This document shows positions 45,945-55,309 of a stretch of 64,000 nt of DNA, in pieces. Source of the DNA: Thermoanaerobaculia bacterium. GTDB lineage: Bacteria; Acidobacteriota; Thermoanaerobaculia; UBA5066. Below the pieces are notes generated by a model that saw only the letters and a program-made list of their open reading frames with translations, made no database searches and was not told the origin of the DNA. A program made the position numbers and the translations under genes. Within the stretch, counting starts at the first letter, position 1. Each line of letters begins with the position of its first letter. Location of the stretch: NCBI GenBank assembly GCA_963719225.1, contig CAVRAY010000002.1, positions 807,797-871,796 of the forward strand, read 5' to 3'.

Positions 45945-46283
45945 ATGTCCCTCAGCACGGAAAATCAAGCCGTCGTCCTTCCCCACAAGGGCCGAGGGAT
46001 TGCGTCATTCATAATCGGGGTAACCTGCATCATTATCACCTTGCTGCTGGTCGGGATTGCAATGAGCGAGACCGAATTACCAAGGCCCATGATTATCGCC
46101 TTGGGGGTGCTTTCCACCGGAATGCTGTGCGCAGCCCTGATCGGAATCGCGTTGGGGTTTTTTGCCGCCAAAGATCGCTCGTCGAGAAAACTTTACCCGC
46201 TACTCGGTCTTACCTTAAACGTCACCGTCCTGATGGTCTTCGTGGCGCTGGCCCTCATCGGCCTGTCGATGAAAGCTCCCTGA
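45945..46283 (+). CDS. Small multi-TM hypothetical protein, lower GC than the backbone
   Basis: 112-aa hydrophobic ORF with RBS gagg; AT-richer codons. Confidence 0.7.
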   Translation: MSLSTENQAVVLPHKGRGIASFIIGVTCIIITLLLVGIAMSETELPRPMIIALGVLSTGMLCAALIGIALGFFAAKDRSSRKLYPLLGLTLNVTVLMVFVALALIGLSMKAP

Positions 46284-46302
46284 TGTCGTACAAGCATTGC
46301 CA

Positions 46303-46372
46303 ACTGTCAGGTCCGGGTCAGGACCGAAAAAACTCAATGTGAGCATAATAGGTCCGCTTTCGGGTGCATAGC
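46303..46372 (+). repeat. Second gtccgctt-type repeat downstream of the orphan gene
   Basis: gtcaggtccgggtca...gagcataataggtccgctttcgggtgcatagcg. Confidence 0.45.
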
Positions 46373-46591
46373 GCAACCTGCCTGAGCGGGTTTTTCAGCA
46401 CCGGGAAAGTCTCGTGCCGGGTTCACAAAGCGCTACGGGCTGAAGATGCTCATCTACTGCGAGCGCTTCGATGACATCCGCGATGCCATCCAGCGCGAGA
46501 AGACGATCAAACACTGGCCGCGCGCCTGGAAGGTGCGCTTATCCATACAATGAATCCGGATTGGAAGGACCTTTACGACACGCTGATTTGA
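46373..46591 (+). pseudogene. 5'-truncated small GIY-YIG nuclease family gene
   Basis: NLPERVFQHRESLVPG/FTKRYGLKMLIYCE..DAIQREKTIKHWPRAWK..NPDWKDLY; the N-terminal GIY/YIG motifs are missing. Confidence 0.75.
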
Positions 46592-46622
46592 TACCAGCGA
46601 TGCGTCGCGATAACTCCTCCTG

Positions 46623-46653
46623 CGTCATGGCCGGGCTTGTCGCGGGCATGACG
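46623..46653. repeat. Short palindromic REP-like element
   Basis: cgtcatggccgggcttgtcgcgggcatgacg; related partial copy at about 30396-30425 (gtcatcgccgggcttgacc). Confidence 0.55.
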
Positions 46654-46737
46654 GAGATACGCGTGTGGGTCCGACCCACCGTGGGCGCGGCCGCGATAGT
46701 GGTTCTTGCATTGCCTGCAGTGCAGGCATCCGAGACC

Positions 46738-47379
46738 TTACTGCGCCGCCACCGCCACCGCGTCCCCTTCCAGCCTGAGCTCGAGCGTGAGCCCGCAGGC
46801 GCGTGCGAGCATGCCGGCATAGAACGGCTGGATGGCGTGGGCGTCGACCGAGCCGGTTTCGGAGGTGCCTGCAATCAAGGCCGGCACCGCCTGGGGAATG
46901 CGGGCGTTGGGGCCGGCCCCCGAGATGCGGAACCCCATCGCCTCCCCCTCCCCGATCGGATCGACGGTGAGCACGCCGCCGCGCGGGATGGTCTGGCCGG
47001 CGATGATCAGCATGTTGAGCAGCAGCTTGACCCGGTTCTTGGGCAACAGCACGCGCGGAAGGTTCCACGCAAGCTTGGTCTTGTCGTCCTCGATGAAGGC
47101 GCGCGCCATCGACTGGGCGTCCCCGAGATCGATCTGCGCGGTCGAGGAGCCGGCCGCGCCGAAGGCGAGCCGGCAGAATTGCAGCCGCGCGGAGGCCGTC
47201 TTCGCGCTTTTCTTGATCAGGTCGAGCGCGAATGTCTTGGTTTCCTCGTCGCTCTCCTTTTCCTCCAGCACTTCGAGCCCGTTGACGATGGCGCCGGTCG
47301 GGCTGATGAGGTCGTGACACACGCGCGAGCACAGCAGCGCCGCGAGGTCGAGGGCATCGAGGGCGATGGCTGCGGACAT
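46738..47379 (-). CDS. chpT: Histidine phosphotransferase ChpT
   Basis: LAALLCSRVCHDLISP..ARLQFCRLAFGAAG..KLLLN. Confidence 0.95.
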   Translation of the reverse strand: MSAAIALDALDLAALLCSRVCHDLISPTGAIVNGLEVLEEKESDEETKTFALDLIKKSAKTASARLQFCRLAFGAAGSSTAQIDLGDAQSMARAFIEDDKTKLAWNLPRVLLPKNRVKLLLNMLIIAGQTIPRGGVLTVDPIGEGEAMGFRISGAGPNARIPQAVPALIAGTSETGSVDAHAIQPFYAGMLARACGLTLELRLEGDAVAVAAQ

Positions 47380-47515
47380 GGGCGATGTCTCCGATGGGCG
47401 GCTTCGGGTACGCGGAACTGTGCTGCTGGGCGCGACTCAGACCATGCCGTCGCGGCGCGCGTGTGATACACCGCAGCGACTCGATCTGCCAAGACCGAAG
47501 GAGCCATGAGACTCG

Positions 47516-48352
47516 ATGATCGAGCACGCCATCCGGGACCGCGGCGGTCGCCTTCTCGATGAACTCACCACCGTGGTCTCGCGCGCGGCCGCCGCCATCG
47601 TGTCCGCACGCAAGGGCGCGCTCGATCCGCATCTCAAGCCGGACCAGTCCCCGGTCACCGCGGCCGACGTGGCCTCGGAAGCGACCATCCTGGAGGGCCT
47701 GCCGCGGCTGCTTCCGGGGCTTCCGGTCGTGTCGGAGGAGGCGCAAGGCCGCGCTCCGCCGACGCAACTGCCCGACAGTTTCATTCTCGTCGACCCGCTC
47801 GACGGAACGCGCGAGCTCATCGCCGGGCGCGACGAGTTCACGATCAACGTCGCGATCGTGAGCGGGGGCCGCCCGCGCCTCGGCATCGTGGCGGCGCCGG
47901 CCCTGGGCTTGCTCTGGCGGGGCAGCGAAGAGCACGGCGCCGAGCGGCTACGGCTGCCGCCCGGAGCGCCGGCGAGCGCGGCAGCCGAGCAAACGCCGAT
48001 CCACACCCGAGCTTGCCCGGCCAGCGGCCTGGTCGCGGTCGTGAGCCGCTCGCATCTCGATGCCAGGACGCAGGCTTTTCTGGCACGGCTGCCGCAGGTT
48101 GACGCCGTCCCGCGCGGGTCGGCCTTGAAATTCTGCCTGATCGCGGAGGGCAGCGCCGATCTCTACCCGCGCTTCGGGCCGACCTCGGAATGGGACGTGG
48201 CTGCGGGCCACGCCGTGCTGGCAGCGGCCGGCGGAAAGGTCGCGACCCCGGAAGGTGGCGACCTCGCCTATGGCCGCTTGCGCGAGCGTTTTCTGGTTCC
48301 GGGCTTCATCGCCTGGGGCGACCCGCAAGCCGCGCGCCGCCTCGGCGTCTGA
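47516..48352 (+). CDS. cysQ: 3'(2'),5'-bisphosphate nucleotidase
   Basis: SPVTAAD, VSEE, VDPLDGT, GSALKFC, EWDVAAGHA. Confidence 0.9.
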   Translation: MIEHAIRDRGGRLLDELTTVVSRAAAAIVSARKGALDPHLKPDQSPVTAADVASEATILEGLPRLLPGLPVVSEEAQGRAPPTQLPDSFILVDPLDGTRELIAGRDEFTINVAIVSGGRPRLGIVAAPALGLLWRGSEEHGAERLRLPPGAPASAAAEQTPIHTRACPASGLVAVVSRSHLDARTQAFLARLPQVDAVPRGSALKFCLIAEGSADLYPRFGPTSEWDVAAGHAVLAAAGGKVATPEGGDLAYGRLRERFLVPGFIAWGDPQAARRLGV

Positions 48353-48368
48353 GCCGGAACGATTGTCG

Positions 48369-48887
48369 TCAGGGGCTGAGCACCAGCCGGACGGTCGGCC
48401 ATTTTCGGTCGGCGGTTGCGATCGTCCGTTCGGTGTCGGCGATGAAATCCGCCCGCGATTCCGGGGTGTGAAACAAATAGAGCCGCCCGCCGGTGACGTA
48501 CCACAGCTCGGGATGACCCGGTACCGCTACCCTGCGGGCAACGCCGATCGGGTCGTATCCGCCGAAACGGGGCATGTAGACTTGCGGATCGGCCTTGAAG
48601 GCGGCGCGATTGCCCTCGTTGCGAAAGCGCCAGACCGCGCCGGCGAACGTATATTCAAACTCGCCCCTTCCTAGCGCCGCCGCCCCCAAGGTGAAATAGG
48701 CGACCGGATCGAAGCCGCTGATCGCCAGGCCGCTGTGGCGATCGACCACCACCTGCTCGGTCGCCCAGCCCGGCATGGGCACGCCGGCCCCCGTACCGAC
48801 CATGACCAAAATGGCCAGCCGGAGGCCGAAACCGGCAAGCCAAAGCTTCCGTTGCCGCCGCGCTGGGGTCATAGTGCTGCTGTTCAT
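48369..48887 (-). CDS. YHS-domain exported protein
   Basis: AISGFDPVAYF, WRFRNEGNR.AF..DP..Y.PRFGGY, GRLYLF. Confidence 0.85.
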   Translation of the reverse strand: MNSSTMTPARRQRKLWLAGFGLRLAILVMVGTGAGVPMPGWATEQVVVDRHSGLAISGFDPVAYFTLGAAALGRGEFEYTFAGAVWRFRNEGNRAAFKADPQVYMPRFGGYDPIGVARRVAVPGHPELWYVTGGRLYLFHTPESRADFIADTERTIATADRKWPTVRLVLSP

Positions 48888-48973
48888 GCGGCGATTCGGT
48901 TGCGATTTGGCCGCAAAGCTAATGTATTCGCGTGAGCAACGGGTTAAGCGATCCGACGCGCCGGGAGGCCTTG

Positions 48974-49570
48974 ATGCGCACCGTCTTGCGGACCCTCGTC
49001 CTTATTCTCGCATTCTCCATTCTTGCGGTTGCGGGGGTGGGAAGCGGGCGGGTGGCGGCCCAGGATCAGCAAGCATCGCCGCGTACCGAGCACTATTCCT
49101 CGAACGAGATCCTCGATTCCGGCCACCGCTTCTTCGGCGGCGTGTCGCGCGGGCTGGCGCAGATCGTCGAGCGAGCGGTGAGCCAATGGGGCCTGCCCAA
49201 TGGCTACATTCTGGGACAGGAAGCCGGCGGCGCGGTCACGGTCGGCCTGCGCTATGGCGACGGCGTGCTTTATACCAAGAACGCCGGCGATTTGCGGGTC
49301 TACTGGCAGGGACCGTCGATCGGGTTCGATTTCGGCGGCGAAGGCGCGCGCACCATGATGCTGGTCTACAATCTGCCTGCCACCGAGGCGATCTACCAGC
49401 GTTTTGTCGGCATCGACGGCTCGGCCTATTTCATCGGCGGTTTCGGCATGACGGCGTTGGGGGCAAACAGCATCGTGGTGGTGCCGATCCGCTCCGGCGT
49501 GGGTCTGCGGCTTGGCGCCAATATCGGCTACCTCAAGTTCACGCCGGTCGCGACCTGGAACCCGTTCTGA
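48974..49570 (+). CDS. DUF1134 (EipA-like) periplasmic protein
   Basis: PNGYILGQE, GLRYGDG, YWQGPSIGFD, PIRSGVGLRLG..GYLKFT..TWNPF; near chpT. Confidence 0.88.
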   Translation: MRTVLRTLVLILAFSILAVAGVGSGRVAAQDQQASPRTEHYSSNEILDSGHRFFGGVSRGLAQIVERAVSQWGLPNGYILGQEAGGAVTVGLRYGDGVLYTKNAGDLRVYWQGPSIGFDFGGEGARTMMLVYNLPATEAIYQRFVGIDGSAYFIGGFGMTALGANSIVVVPIRSGVGLRLGANIGYLKFTPVATWNPF

Positions 49571-49783
49571 ACCCGCCGCGGCCGAATTCCGGCGGCACTT
49601 TTGCGGCATTTTCGGCCTGGAACCCGGCGCGCCGTGCCAAGCATGACCGCCGTGTGACGCGCGTGATTTCAGGACTTTTGCCGCTCCGACGGGTTTAGGT
49701 TAATCGCCAGCCACGCTAGAAAGGTGAGGCCGGCCGTGGCATTCTGGTAAGAATAATAGTGATGCGTTCAGGAGGCGTTTTCC

Positions 49784-51199
49784 ATGATCGAACAGATTAT
49801 GTACGTCGGGATTGGATTCCTGATCGCGGGCCTCCTCGTTCTCGGCTGCATTCCCCTCGTTCATGCGCGCGCCGTGCGCCTCACCATGCGGCGGGTGGAA
49901 GCGCTCACCCCGCTCTCGATGGCGGAAATTCAGGCCGACAAGGATCAGTTGCGCGCCGAGTTCGCCATGTCGACGCGACGGCTCGAAATGAGCGTCGAGC
50001 AGATGAAGGCGAAGACCACCAGCCAGCTCACGGAGATCGGCAAGAAGAGCGAAGCCATCGGCCGGCTCAAGCTCGAGCTCGGCGACAAGACGGCGGCGCT
50101 CCTTGCACTCGAGGCCAGAGAGAAGCAGCTCAACGACGACACGTCGTCGGCACGGGGCCAGCTTGCGGCCAACACCGCCGCGCTGGACGAGGCCGAACGC
50201 GCGCTCAGCGACGCCAAGGAGGAACTCAGCAGGACCGCGGCGAGCTTGCACGAGAACGTGGTCACCGTGGATGGCCAACGCGTCGAGCTCGTGGCCTATC
50301 GCGCCCAGGTGGAAGTGCTCAAGGGCCAGATCGAGAGCTATGAGAACGAGACCAAGCAGCTGCAGGAACGACTCGCACGCGAGACCAAGGTGCTGCAGGA
50401 CAGGCTGGCGCGCGAGACCGCCGAGCTGCGCGATCAGCTTGCGCGCGAGACCAAGGAGCTGCAGGGGCGCATCGCGCTGCAGACCACCAATGCCGAGGCG
50501 CTCAACCTGCAACTGATCGAGGAGCGCAGCAAGTCGGAGAATTTCGCCGGCCGCGTCGGAGAGCTCGAGCGTCAGCTCGTCGCCGAAACCACGGAGGCGG
50601 AGATCCTGAGCCGGCGCGTGCAGGAACTGGGCGGGCGGCTCGACGAGCAGGGCCGGTTTTTGGCCGACCGCGAATACGATTCCGACCGCCTGCGCACCGA
50701 CATCGCAGGCGCGCAGAAGACCGAGGCCGACCTGCGCGCCGAGCTCGCGGAGGCGGAGAAGCGCCACCAGGTCGCAACTCAAAGCCTGCGGGCCGAGAAG
50801 GTCCTGGTCGAGGAGCAACTCAAGCAGTCGCACGACGAGCGCGAGAAGCTGCAACGCGAGATTGCCGGGATGAAGCGCGAGGCCGAATCCAACTGGGCGA
50901 ACGAGCGCACCGAAAATGCCATGCTGCGCGAGCGCATCAACGATGTCGCGGCCGAGGTGGCGCGCCTCACCGCCACGTTGGAAGGCCCAGGTTCGCCGAT
51001 CGAATCCATCGTCAACGGCGACGCCGGCCGGCCGCAGCGAGCGGCCGCGGCGCCAGCCGCCAACGTGGCGAAGGGGGCCGCAGAGAAGGCCTCCCCTTCC
51101 ATCGCCCCCAATGGCGGGGCTTCCAAGGGCACGCTCGCCGACCGCATCCGGGCGCTGCAAAGCCGCGCCTCGCGCGTGGCGCAGCCGAGCGAGGTTTGA
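49784..51199 (+). CDS. Membrane-anchored long coiled-coil protein
   Basis: N-terminal TM, EIQADKDQLRAEFA, long coiled coil, C-terminal LADRIRALQ. Confidence 0.8.
   Translation: MIEQIMYVGIGFLIAGLLVLGCIPLVHARAVRLTMRRVEALTPLSMAEIQADKDQLRAEFAMSTRRLEMSVEQMKAKTTSQLTEIGKKSEAIGRLKLELGDKTAALLALEAREKQLNDDTSSARGQLAANTAALDEAERALSDAKEELSRTAASLHENVVTVDGQRVELVAYRAQVEVLKGQIESYENETKQLQERLARETKVLQDRLARETAELRDQLARETKELQGRIALQTTNAEALNLQLIEERSKSENFAGRVGELERQLVAETTEAEILSRRVQELGGRLDEQGRFLADREYDSDRLRTDIAGAQKTEADLRAELAEAEKRHQVATQSLRAEKVLVEEQLKQSHDEREKLQREIAGMKREAESNWANERTENAMLRERINDVAAEVARLTATLEGPGSPIESIVNGDAGRPQRAAAAPAANVAKGAAEKASPSIAPNGGASKGTLADRIRALQSRASRVAQPSEV
50348..50479 (+). repeat. Four in-frame 33-bp (11-aa) tandem repeats
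   Basis: ETKQLQERLAR / ETKVLQDRLAR / ETAELRDQLAR / ETKELQGRIAL, each starting gagacc. Confidence 0.85.
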
Positions 51200-51274
51200 T
51201 CGGCAGGTTTGCAGCGCAAGCATGTACTTGCTTGACTTGAAGCCGCGCTTCCTTAAATGCTCGTGACCTAACTC

Positions 51275-51349
51275 GGGCGCTTAGCTCAGCGGGAGAGCGT
51301 TCCCTTCACACGGGAGAGGTCGCAGGTTCAATCCCTGCAGCGCCCACCA
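51275..51349 (+). tRNA. tRNA-Val(CAC)
   Basis: Acceptor gggcgct/agcgccc + ACCA; anticodon loop ttCACac; T-arm gcaggttcaatccctgc. Confidence 0.95.
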
Positions 51350-51438
51350 TTCCGCGGGACCCACGCTTCGCTGTCGGGAGTCCGCTTCGCCCTCAGCTCC
51401 GGACATGTCGTTGCACGGGCATCCACTTGCTCGGTGCG

Positions 51439-51475
51439 CTCCCTCCCCCTGAAAGGGGGAGGGTCGGGGTGGGGG
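51439..51475. repeat. Palindromic REP-like element downstream of the tRNA
   Basis: ctccctccccct-gaa-agggggaggg-tcggggtggggg. Confidence 0.55.
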
Positions 51476-51573
51476 TCTCTCGGTCATCGTGCACAGCGCG
51501 CAATGAATATGACCCCCTCCCGCAGCGGCCCGCGTGGTGCGCGCCAATTCCATGATTGGTGAATGTGCTCTAG

Positions 51574-53100
51574 TCTTACTGAGTCAGAAAGTCGCATCCG
51601 ACGGATGATCCGATTCAGATAAGCGGAGAGATTCAGTCATCAGCAGATGGAGGCTGATATGGATCTCCGAGCAGTTGGCGACAGTGAATCGCGGTTTTCG
51701 GCTTATGTCGAGGGGCTTGTGAGCGTGATTGGTCACGCGGACCGTGCCAGCCCGTTACGAGATTATTGCCTTGGCCTGATGATGCCGTGCGAGCGCAAGA
51801 GCGTCGAGCCGATGGCGGCGGTGACGGCACCTGGGCGGACGGCGGCGCAGCATCAGTCGCTGCTGCATTTTGTCGGCAACGCGGCTTGGTCGGACGAAAA
51901 GGTTTTGGCCAAGGCGCGCGAGATGGTGCTGCCGGCGATTGAGCGTCAGGGCCCGATTGAAGCGTGGATCATCGACGACACCGGCTTTCCGAAGAAGGGC
52001 GAGCACTCGGTTGGCGTGGCACGGCAATATTGCGGCCAGCTTGGCAAGCAGGACAACTGCCAGGTGGCGGTGTCGCTGTCTCTTGCCAATCACCACACGA
52101 GCCTGCCGGTGGCCTACCGATTGTATCTGCCGGAAGACTGGGCGGAGGACAGCAAACGACGGCGCAAGACGGGCGTGCCTGAGGATATCCGCTTCAAGAC
52201 CAAGCCCGAGATCGCGCTGGAGCAGATCGAGGCGGCCTGCAAGGCCAGCCTTCCTCGCGGCGTGGTGTTGATGGACGCGGGTTACGGCTGCAACACGGAC
52301 CTGCGCGCCGGCATCAGCGCGCTCGCGCTGTGTTATGTCGCTGGCATCATGCCACAGACGACCGTATGGGCATCCGGCACTGGGCCACTGCCACCGAAAA
52401 AATGGTCGGGCCGCGGCCGACATCCGAAGCTCATTCGCCGCGACGATAAGCATCAACCGATCTCGGTCAAGGAACTCGCGCTTGGCTTGCCCAAGCGCGC
52501 CTGGCGCAGGATCGAATGGCGAGAAGGTGCGGCCGAGCGCCTGTCCTCGCGCTTTGCGCGCGTGCGTGTTCGCGTCGCGCATCATGATTACAAGCTCACC
52601 GCCAGCCGGCCGGAAGAGTGGCTGCTGATCGAGTGGCCAAAGGGCGAGGACGCGCCGACCAAATACTGGCTCTCAACGCTTCCGCAAGACATCATCTTCC
52701 GCTCGCTGGTGGACATGACCAAGTTGCGCTGGCGCATCGAGCGCGACTATCAGGAGCTCAAGCAGGAGGTCGGGCTCGGGCATTTCGAAGGCCGCGGATG
52801 GCGCGGCTTCCATCACCACGCCACACTGTGCATCGCAGCCTATGGATTCCTGATCTCCGAGCGGGAGACGATTCCCCCCTGTGGACCTTGTTCCACCACG
52901 CTGTTCCCGCAACCTGCCGTACCCACCGGTTATCGACCCAGAGGTTCCGCCCTTGCGGCCTGAACGCCATATCCCGAATTCGATCGCGACCGTGCGCCGG
53001 CGATTAATCGTTGCACTGGTCAGGACGCTATCGCGATGTCCCTGCTGCGCCGCTCAAATCCAGAGATGCCTGCAGCGAAATCGTTCATGACGCAGTAAGA
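51574..53100 (+). mobile_element. IS701-family insertion sequence
   Basis: Terminal IRs tcttactgagtca / tgacgcagtaaga flanked by CTAG on both sides (51570-51573, 53101-53104). Confidence 0.92.
51659..52963 (+). CDS. IS701-family DDE transposase
   Basis: Intact; IIDDTGFPKKG.HSVGVARQYCG.LGK.DNCQ, DAGYG, RWRIERDYQELK..GL.HFEGR. Confidence 0.95.
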   Translation: MDLRAVGDSESRFSAYVEGLVSVIGHADRASPLRDYCLGLMMPCERKSVEPMAAVTAPGRTAAQHQSLLHFVGNAAWSDEKVLAKAREMVLPAIERQGPIEAWIIDDTGFPKKGEHSVGVARQYCGQLGKQDNCQVAVSLSLANHHTSLPVAYRLYLPEDWAEDSKRRRKTGVPEDIRFKTKPEIALEQIEAACKASLPRGVVLMDAGYGCNTDLRAGISALALCYVAGIMPQTTVWASGTGPLPPKKWSGRGRHPKLIRRDDKHQPISVKELALGLPKRAWRRIEWREGAAERLSSRFARVRVRVAHHDYKLTASRPEEWLLIEWPKGEDAPTKYWLSTLPQDIIFRSLVDMTKLRWRIERDYQELKQEVGLGHFEGRGWRGFHHHATLCIAAYGFLISERETIPPCGPCSTTLFPQPAVPTGYRPRGSALAA

Positions 53101-53101
53101 C

Positions 53102-54157
53102 TAGAGCACTTTCATGATTTGTGGCGATAGCCTTGGTTTGCGAGGTAGTTTGCGCACTCCTGGGGACTGACTTTGGTGAGGGCATCGGCGATTGCGGCGA
53201 TGAGGGCGTCGGTGGTTCTGGCGGCAGCCTTTCGCAGCAGGGCTTTGAGCTTGGCGAAGAACTGTTCGATCGGGTTGAAGTCGGGGCTGTAGGGTGGCAG
53301 GTAGCGCAGTTCGGCGCCGGCGGCTTCGATCGCCGCGCGGATGCCGGCGACCTTGTGGCTTGGGAGATTGTCCATCACGACGATATCGCCGGGCCGCAGG
53401 ATTGGGACGACGAACTGCTCGACATAGGCGCGAAAGATGTCGCCATCCATCGGTCCGTCGAGCACGCACGGCGCGGCGATCTCGCCCAGCCGCAGCGCGG
53501 CGACGAAGGTCGTGGTTTTCCAATGTCCCTACGGCACGGATGAGATCAAGCGCTGGCCGCGCTGGCAGCGGCCATAGCGGCGCGCCATGTCGGTCGCGGC
53601 ACCGGTCTCGTCGATGAAGACGAGGCGTTCCGGCTTCAGGTCAGGCTGGCCCGCAAGCCATTCATCACGTGCCGCGGCGACATCCGGCCGGTCCTGCTCG
53701 GCGGCCCGCTCCGACTTTTTTTGAGCGGGAGTTTGAGAAACTTCAGCCTGTTCCACAGGCAGCCGATACTGACCTTGACCTTGCGCTCATCCGCAAGCCA
53801 AGCCTGCAGTTCCTCCAACGTCGCATCGGGACAGGCGGCTACGCGGGCACCAATGGCTTGGTCGTGGGGCGCAAGCTTCGGCTTGCGTCCCACACGTCCC
53901 ACCCGCGCCGTCGTCTCACCGGTCGTGCGCCGGCGATCAACAACCTTCGAAACGTACGACACGCTGACCAGGAACAGCCGCGCCGCCGCACAGACGCGCG
54001 TTCCAGAATCCACCGTCGCAATCACGCGCTCACGCAGGTCCTGTGAATAAGGCTTGCCCATAGCGATCCTCGTGCCGATTCGATCCGGCATCCAGAATCC
54101 ACAAATCTGCGGCCGTGGGAATCCACCTCCAATTCCGCCAAACGTGAAGATGCTCTA
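53102..54157 (-). mobile_element. IS630-family insertion sequence
   Basis: Ends tagagcactttcatg / cgtgaagatgctcta (TA-flanked imperfect IRs). Confidence 0.88.
53112..54061 (-). CDS. IS630 transposase (two ORFs joined at an A7 slippery site near 53716-53722, plus an extra indel near 53530)
   Basis: [45 protein letters not shown]. Confidence 0.9.
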
Positions 54158-54302
54158 AGTGACAAGAAGAGCACAACCGGACCATGGCAACAAATCGAGG
54201 AGATTGATCATCGCAGCACTTGCCCGTGTGCGCTGCGAAGGCTGCGACTACGCTGGGGCCGTATGCAGCGGAAGTGATCGCAAATCCGCTGCTGTAGGCA
54301 AA

Positions 54303-54728
54303 TCATGAACCCGCTGTCACTGCGATGAGGATCCCCATTGCGATCATGCAGACCGCCTGTATGAGAAAGAGCGCGAACCGAAGGCTGCCGGCAGCGTTGG
54401 TCGGCGGGAGCGCGATGTGGGTCAGGGTCTGCCCAATCCGCGCCGCCAACATGGTGACGGCGAGACGGTCGACCACTGGGTTTTGCAGGCCGCTGGCCAT
54501 CAGCGCCACGACGATCGCCACATAGACCGGCAGGTTCTCCACGCAGTTCATATGCGCTCGCATGGCGCGCTGGTACCAGTCGCTGCCCTGAGGGAGGTCG
54601 GCCCGCCACTCGGCGATCGAGGCGCGCCCCGTCAGGATGAGGCTCCAGCGGTAGACGCCGACGCTGACGAAAAAAGTCAGCAGCGTCCACGCCGCAAACC
54701 CGAGCAGGACCAGCACGGGGACGGTCAT
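54303..54728 (-). CDS. MAPEG family membrane protein
   Basis: RAMRAHMNCVENLP, ARIGQT, SLRF. Confidence 0.85.
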   Translation of the reverse strand: MTVPVLVLLGFAAWTLLTFFVSVGVYRWSLILTGRASIAEWRADLPQGSDWYQRAMRAHMNCVENLPVYVAIVVALMASGLQNPVVDRLAVTMLAARIGQTLTHIALPPTNAAGSLRFALFLIQAVCMIAMGILIAVTAGS

Positions 54729-54783
54729 GGCAAGGCTCCGTTTCTTCCGCGACGGTCACGCCGGGGACCGGCGGCCGCATCGT

Positions 54784-55059
54784 TCAGTAGTAGCGCTTGA
54801 GCGCGCGATCGCGTGCCGCCTCGCCCCTCACGGCGCTGGTGATACCGGAGCGGTTGAGCCCTATGTCCTTGAGCGCCATGTCGCTCATCGACCGCAGCCT
54901 GGCGATCGCCGCCTGCTCGATACGCCAAGTGATGTAGGCCAACCACCAGCGCTTCAGGGTGGCAGCCAGTCCACTGGCCCAGGAGTGCCCGGCTGCGCCT
55001 TGCGCCGCAGCCTGCGCGCTGGAAATCGTGCTCATGTTCATCATCTCCATTTCACGCAT
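54784..55059 (-). CDS. DUF1127 small protein
   Basis: LRSMSDMALKDIGLNRSGI; start codon uncertain. Confidence 0.82.
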   Translation of the reverse strand: MREMEMMNMSTISSAQAAAQGAAGHSWASGLAATLKRWWLAYITWRIEQAAIARLRSMSDMALKDIGLNRSGITSAVRGEAARDRALKRYY

Positions 55060-55309
55060 TTGCGTTTGCTTGGGCCGCCGGCCCGACCGCGCTTGCGATC
55101 TGGCCGTCCGCATGGGGGCTGACATAGTGGGAAGTGCGGCGCGGGCGAATGATGCAGGCGCCGGATGTCTTGCTCCGGACACCGGAAAGTTCATTCCCGT
55201 CGCATGGCAGCGCTTTCAGGCGCGTCGCAAGGCGCGCGTCCGAAGGGCGGCGCCATCGGACTGTTCCCCTCGGCGCGAACCGGCGGCAAAATGTTTGGCG
55301 CGATTTCGC

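Noticed and set aside
48369-48887. Selenoprotein form of the YHS protein
   Set aside because: No in-frame TGA; the ORF reads GGYD at the relevant position.
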